Source: a virus
Taxonomy: Duplodnaviria > Caudoviricetes
DNA: 59,374 nt
Virus record (IMG/VR): IMGVR_UViG_3300046010_004673
Span: 1-59,374 of that record
Direction: 5' to 3' (one strand)
Positions 55,095-59,374 of the stretch are shown piece after piece; the stretch's first letter is position 1, and each line of letters starts with the position of its first letter. The notes below the pieces were generated by a model. The model did not search any database. It was not told the origin of the DNA and was given only the letters and a program-made list of their open reading frames with translations. The position numbers were made by a program, and so were the translations under genes.

Positions 55095-55798
55095 TGGCCA
55101 CCAGCGGCACAGCGACGTTTAACCCGGACTTCGCGGAGATCGTCGAAGAAGCGTACGAACGCGCCGGATTGGAAATGCGGACAGGCTATGACCTGAGGAC
55201 CGCTCGTCGCTCCATGAACTTCATGGCGCAGGAATGGCAGAACCGAGGCATCAATCTGTGGACGGTAGAGACGGGAACCCAAGTCCTGACTCCGGGAACC
55301 TATACCTACACCATGCCTGCCGATACGATTGATCTCATTGAGCATCAACTTCGTATCTACGACGGCAACACCACGCAACAAGCGGACTACAGTCTGGCCC
55401 GTATTTCGGTATCGGACTACGCCATGCTCAACAACAAGTTGACGCAAGGGCGACCGCTACAGATCTATGTGGATCGTCAGCGTGACGCGCCGATTGTGTA
55501 TCTGTGGCCAGTCCCGGATAACGTCCAGACCTACACCTTGGCCTATTGGTACATCCGTCGAATCCAAGATGTGGGTTCTGGCGGAACCAATACCATGGAC
55601 GTTCCGGCCCGGTTCCTTCCCTGTTTAGTGGCCGGATTGGCCTACTATATTGCTATGAAGAAGCCGGAGTCGGCAGACCGGATTCCATTGCTGAAGTCCG
55701 AGTACGAGGCTCAGTTTGAACTGGCGGCAGGCGAAGACCGTGACAAGGCGGCTTCTCGGTTCCTCCCCTACATATCGAGTGTGACCGGCGGGTTCTGA
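55094..55798 (+). CDS. Head-tail connector/adaptor protein
   Basis: EIVEEAYERAG...ARRS.N...WQNRGINLW; LWPVPD; LVAGLAYY. Confidence 0.7.
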   Translation: MATSGTATFNPDFAEIVEEAYERAGLEMRTGYDLRTARRSMNFMAQEWQNRGINLWTVETGTQVLTPGTYTYTMPADTIDLIEHQLRIYDGNTTQQADYSLARISVSDYAMLNNKLTQGRPLQIYVDRQRDAPIVYLWPVPDNVQTYTLAYWYIRRIQDVGSGGTNTMDVPARFLPCLVAGLAYYIAMKKPESADRIPLLKSEYEAQFELAAGEDRDKAASRFLPYISSVTGGF

Positions 55799-55799
55799 T

Positions 55800-56153
55800 A
55801 TGAGCCAGCCGTTCTCATCTGGCAAACATGCAATTGGTTTCTGCGATATGTGCGGATTCCAGTTTAAACTGCATGATCTGCGGAAAGAGATCTTTGACCA
55901 GATCTGGACGGGGAACCTCGTCTGCGATGAATGTCTGGATGTGGATCAACCGCAGTTGCAGTTGGGCAAGATCCCCATGGACGATCCGCAAGCACTCAAG
56001 GACGCACGTCCTGATCAGTCGCTTATCGCGAGCCGGGATATTCAGTGGGGATGGAACCCAGTTGGCGGCGGACAGGCTTATGATGATCCTCTGACCCCAA
56101 ACACCCTTGTGGCTGTTGGGGGCGTGGGAACCGTGACGGTATCAACGACATGA
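55800..56153 (+). CDS. Zn-finger-containing hypothetical protein
   Basis: CDMCG...VCDEC.D.DQPQL...DPQAL..ARP. Confidence 0.65.
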   Translation: MSQPFSSGKHAIGFCDMCGFQFKLHDLRKEIFDQIWTGNLVCDECLDVDQPQLQLGKIPMDDPQALKDARPDQSLIASRDIQWGWNPVGGGQAYDDPLTPNTLVAVGGVGTVTVSTT

Positions 56154-56791
56154 ACTACACACAGTTATCTCAGTACATTCAGGATTATTGCCAGTCCACT
56201 GAAACGAGTTTCGTGGCGAATATTCCTGTATTTGTTCAGTTGGCTGAGGAACGGATTTACAACTCGGTCCAGATCCCGGCAATCCGCAAGAATGTCACGG
56301 GAACCATGTCTTTGGGGAACCAGTACATGGCGTTGCCAAGTGATTGGCTTTCCACCTTCTCATTCGCGGTAATCGACCAGTCAACTGGGGCCTATGAGTA
56401 CTTACTCAATAAGGATGTGAACTTCATCCGAGAGACGTACCCGACAGCGACCTCAACTGGCACCCCTAAATACTATGCAATTTGGGATGATACCTCGATG
56501 ATTCTGGGGCCAACCCCGAACGCGAACTACACCGCCGAACTGCATTATTACTATTACCCGGCTTCCATCGTCACGAATGGCACATCGTGGCTGGGCGCGA
56601 ATTTTGAGACTGTCTTGCTTTATGGCTCACTGCGTGAGGCATATATCTACCTCAAGGGAGAGCAGGACATGATGAACTACTACGAACAGAAGTATCAGGA
56701 GTCATTGGCTCTGCTTAAACGCCTTGGCGATGGATTGGATCGTCAGGATGCGTATCGTTCTGGTCAGGCTAGGATTCCGGTGACATCGTGA
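56150..56791 (+). CDS. Head-tail adaptor-like protein
   Basis: FVQLAEERI; GTPKYYA; LGPTP; LLYGSL.EAY.YLKG. Confidence 0.7.
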   Translation: MNYTQLSQYIQDYCQSTETSFVANIPVFVQLAEERIYNSVQIPAIRKNVTGTMSLGNQYMALPSDWLSTFSFAVIDQSTGAYEYLLNKDVNFIRETYPTATSTGTPKYYAIWDDTSMILGPTPNANYTAELHYYYYPASIVTNGTSWLGANFETVLLYGSLREAYIYLKGEQDMMNYYEQKYQESLALLKRLGDGLDRQDAYRSGQARIPVTS

Positions 56792-57036
56792 ATTTTTCTG
56801 CTACATCTGAGATTGGGCAAGTGTTTGTCCAAACCACGAACCATCGTGGCCACACGGTCGAAGAGATTGCTGAACGTGCGGCTAACCGGCTTTTGTCTGT
56901 AGACAGCAAAGAAGCATTGAACCATTGGTTGGTGCAATACCTTCGCGAAGCACAAGAGGCGGAGCGGCGGTCGATATGCAAGAAGTTGACTGACAAAGGC
57001 TATGTTGAAATCGCACAACTTATAGGAGATTTGTAA
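56788..57036 (+). CDS. Hypothetical protein
   Basis: TTNHRGHTVEEIAE; coupled ORF. Confidence 0.6.
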   Translation: MNFSATSEIGQVFVQTTNHRGHTVEEIAERAANRLLSVDSKEALNHWLVQYLREAQEAERRSICKKLTDKGYVEIAQLIGDL

Positions 57037-57497
57037 TGGCCATTAGCCAAGCAATGGTGACCTCGTTCAAGGTAGAGATCTTGAACGGCGTTCACGCATT
57101 CGGCACGTCTGTGACTCGCGCCACGACGAATGCCGATACATTCAAGATCGCCCTGTTCACTGCCTCAGCCACGCTGAGTGCAACGACGACGGCGTACACC
57201 AGTACGCTTTCTGATCAGGTGTCATCCTCTGGAACCAATTACACCACTGGCGGACAAACGCTTACGGTATCGCAGGTTCCCACATCGACCAGTACCACCG
57301 CATGGTTGGACTTCGACGATGTGACATGGCCGTCTGCCACGATCTCTGCGGCAGGCGCATTGATCTACAACGAGACCCAAGGGAACAAGGCCGTGGCCGT
57401 GCTGGATTTCGGAGGCACCAAGTCTTCGACCGCCGGTAACTTCACGATCCAGTTCCCCACCGCAAACTCTACGAGCGCAATTCTGAGAATTGCCTGA
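57036..57497 (+). CDS. Tail-associated structural protein
   Basis: SFKVEIL.G.H...FKIALFT...ALIYN...AVAVLDFG...FTIQFP. Confidence 0.65.
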   Translation: MAISQAMVTSFKVEILNGVHAFGTSVTRATTNADTFKIALFTASATLSATTTAYTSTLSDQVSSSGTNYTTGGQTLTVSQVPTSTSTTAWLDFDDVTWPSATISAAGALIYNETQGNKAVAVLDFGGTKSSTAGNFTIQFPTANSTSAILRIA

Positions 57498-57507
57498 GGA
57501 CGTTTAA

Positions 57508-59374
57508 ATGGCACTTGCAGTTGCTGATCGGGTCAAGGAGACCTCCACCACCGCTGGTACTGGAACCCTGACGCTGCTCGGGGCGGTATCCGGCTATCAA
57601 TCCTTTTCGGCTATCGGCAGCGGCAATACCACCTACTACTGCATCGTCGATGACAACACGGGCCAGTGGGAAGTTGGCGTAGGTACTTACACCAGCCCTA
57701 ACCAGTTGTCCCGCGACAGTGTGTTGTCGTCCTCCAGCGGCGGCAGTGCCATCACGTTCCTTGGGAACATCAAGCAGGTGTTTGTCACCTATCCTGCGGA
57801 ACGCTCGGTCTACGAGAACGCGGCGGGTAGTTTGGTGCTGAGTAAGGTGGAAGCCACCACCGGAGAGATTACCAATCTCACTTCAACCTCTGCAACGATC
57901 ACCAATCTCTCGCTGACCAGTCTGACCCTGAGCAATTTAAACATTGCTTCAGCCAACATCACGACGCTTACTAGCACCAACGCCACTGCTGCAAGCCTCA
58001 CCGTATCCACCGGCAACCTCACCTTCTCGTCCACCGGCCAGCGCATCACGGGCGATATGTCCAATGCGACGATTGCCAATCGGCTGGGGTTTCAGACTAG
58101 TACGACGAACGGCAATACTGATTTGCAAATTATTCCAAATGGAACGTCGGTTACTTCTGGAATCCGTTTGAACAATAACTCCGATACAACCAACGCTGGT
58201 TATGTTCGGATGTCCTTAAATTCTACAGAAGCAAGCATTTCCGTAGACAGAAACAGCGTCAGCGGAACATATTTGCCGTTAGGTTTTAATACCGGCGGCA
58301 GCGAGCGTATGCGGCTGGATACGTCGGGCAACGTCGGCATTGGCACTGCGTCGCCTGTAACTACGTTTGGAAAAAACCTTACGCTTTATAACGATGCAAA
58401 TACGGGAACCGTTGCATCAAACACGTATTTACTTGTTCAAAGTTTAAACAGAAATGGCGTAATAGACATTGCCAGTTCAGCAACTGGCACAGGTAGTTTG
58501 AATTTTGTAACAACCCCCGGCACCACTCTTGCTGGAATTGCTGGAGATATAGCAAATAGTGCGTTGGCGTTTAGAACGGGTGGTGCCACCGAACGCATGC
58601 GTATTGACTCCAGCGGCAACGTCGGTATTGGTACTGCGTCGCCTTTTACCACGATTGATGTCAACGGCTACTTTACGGCTGGTGTAAGAAACACAACGAA
58701 TATTTCTTTAACTAGCGGAACGCATTATTTTGGCTCTAGCCCGTCAGATTTAGTACGCAATAATATTGTTGGAAGCATAAATGCTGACAGCACAACGCCA
58801 GTTAGATTGCGGTTTTATAAATCACGAGGAACATCTGCATCACCAACCGCTGTAAGTTCTGGCGATCAAACTAACGATATTCAAACTTATGCCTATGATG
58901 GCTCTAGTTTTATTCAAGCCACCGCTATACAAGCGTCTGTCACAGCAACGCCTTCAGCAAATAATGTTTCTTCTGCGCTTTCATTTTTCACAAACGGAGG
59001 ATCAAGTTCGCCCACCGAGCGCATGCGTATTGACTCCTCCGGCAACGTCGGCATTGGCAAAATCGCAGCGTCGGGCGTAATCCTTGACGCAAATGGCGTA
59101 AGCCGTTCAACGCAGATTCAGATGCCCAATAGTGCGGGAACGTACACCGCTAACGTCGCAGGCTTCCACCTGTTTGGTTTCTCCGACAACAACCTGTACT
59201 TCAACTGGTTTGACGCAGGCGCAATCGTATTCCGTAATAACGGCGCCACCGAACGCATGCGTATTGACTCCTCCGGCAACGTCGGCATTGGTACTGCGTC
59301 GCCGGGGACAAAACTGGATGTTGTTGTATCTACCAATAATGGGTTGCGTATTTCCGATGGTGCAGTAACAGGTG
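57508..59374 (+). CDS. Long tail fibre, 5' part (missing from the ORF track; continues into 2..1114, ~982 aa total)
   Basis: ATG at 57508 (MALAVADRVKETSTTAGTGTLTL...). Translated by hand with no stop to the window end; 59344 corresponds to position 2 in the same frame. Contains repeated ERMRIDSSGNVGIG fibre motifs. Confidence 0.88.
   Translation, partial: MALAVADRVKETSTTAGTGTLTLLGAVSGYQSFSAIGSGNTTYYCIVDDNTGQWEVGVGTYTSPNQLSRDSVLSSSSGGSAITFLGNIKQVFVTYPAERSVYENAAGSLVLSKVEATTGEITNLTSTSATITNLSLTSLTLSNLNIASANITTLTSTNATAASLTVSTGNLTFSSTGQRITGDMSNATIANRLGFQTSTTNGNTDLQIIPNGTSVTSGIRLNNNSDTTNAGYVRMSLNSTEASISVDRNSVSGTYLPLGFNTGGSERMRLDTSGNVGIGTASPVTTFGKNLTLYNDANTGTVASNTYLLVQSLNRNGVIDIASSATGTGSLNFVTTPGTTLAGIAGDIANSALAFRTGGATERMRIDSSGNVGIGTASPFTTIDVNGYFTAGVRNTTNISLTSGTHYFGSSPSDLVRNNIVGSINADSTTPVRLRFYKSRGTSASPTAVSSGDQTNDIQTYAYDGSSFIQATAIQASVTATPSANNVSSALSFFTNGGSSSPTERMRIDSSGNVGIGKIAASGVILDANGVSRSTQIQMPNSAGTYTANVAGFHLFGFSDNNLYFNWFDAGAIVFRNNGATERMRIDSSGNVGIGTASPGTKLDVVVSTNNGLRISDGAVTG

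Noticed and set aside
58303-59305. Diversity-generating retroelement or CRISPR array suggested by the fibre repeats
   Set aside because: No reverse transcriptase and no adenine-specific TR/VR pair; spacers are 200-400 nt, unequal and in-frame coding.
59343-59374. 32-nt terminal repeat as a physical direct terminal repeat
   Set aside because: It lies mid-CDS and has a k-mer-like length; best explained as assembler overlap of a circular or permuted genome.

Overview
The window looks like a complete, circularly permuted ~59.3 kb tailed dsDNA phage genome (Caudoviricetes, podovirus-like). The last 32 nt (59343-59374) repeat nt 1-32, and a tail-fibre ORF reads in frame across the join. A long + strand morphogenesis arm runs from 43057 across the join to 24576: terS, terL, portal, GroES, scaffold, capsid, adaptors, two S74-chaperone tail fibres, holin/endolysin, nozzle, internal/ejection proteins and a 2949-aa large polyvalent protein. 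A mostly - strand early/middle arm carries NinB, a five-enzyme sugar-modification cluster, SSB-like, Sak, a PD-(D/E)XK nuclease and SprT/AAA/VWA-like genes; RusA and a T7 gp4-like primase-helicase lie on +. I recognised no DNA polymerase, integrase, tRNA or CRISPR array. The most striking signals are: (1) a genome-wide GTTTAAAY motif with about 38 hand-counted sites; (2) IR[E/Y]SR motifs that delimit each enzymatic module of the giant protein; (3) an aminotransferase/acetyltransferase/three-glycosyltransferase cluster; (4) three structured non-coding RNA candidates. All family calls come from reading motifs by eye, not from database searches.
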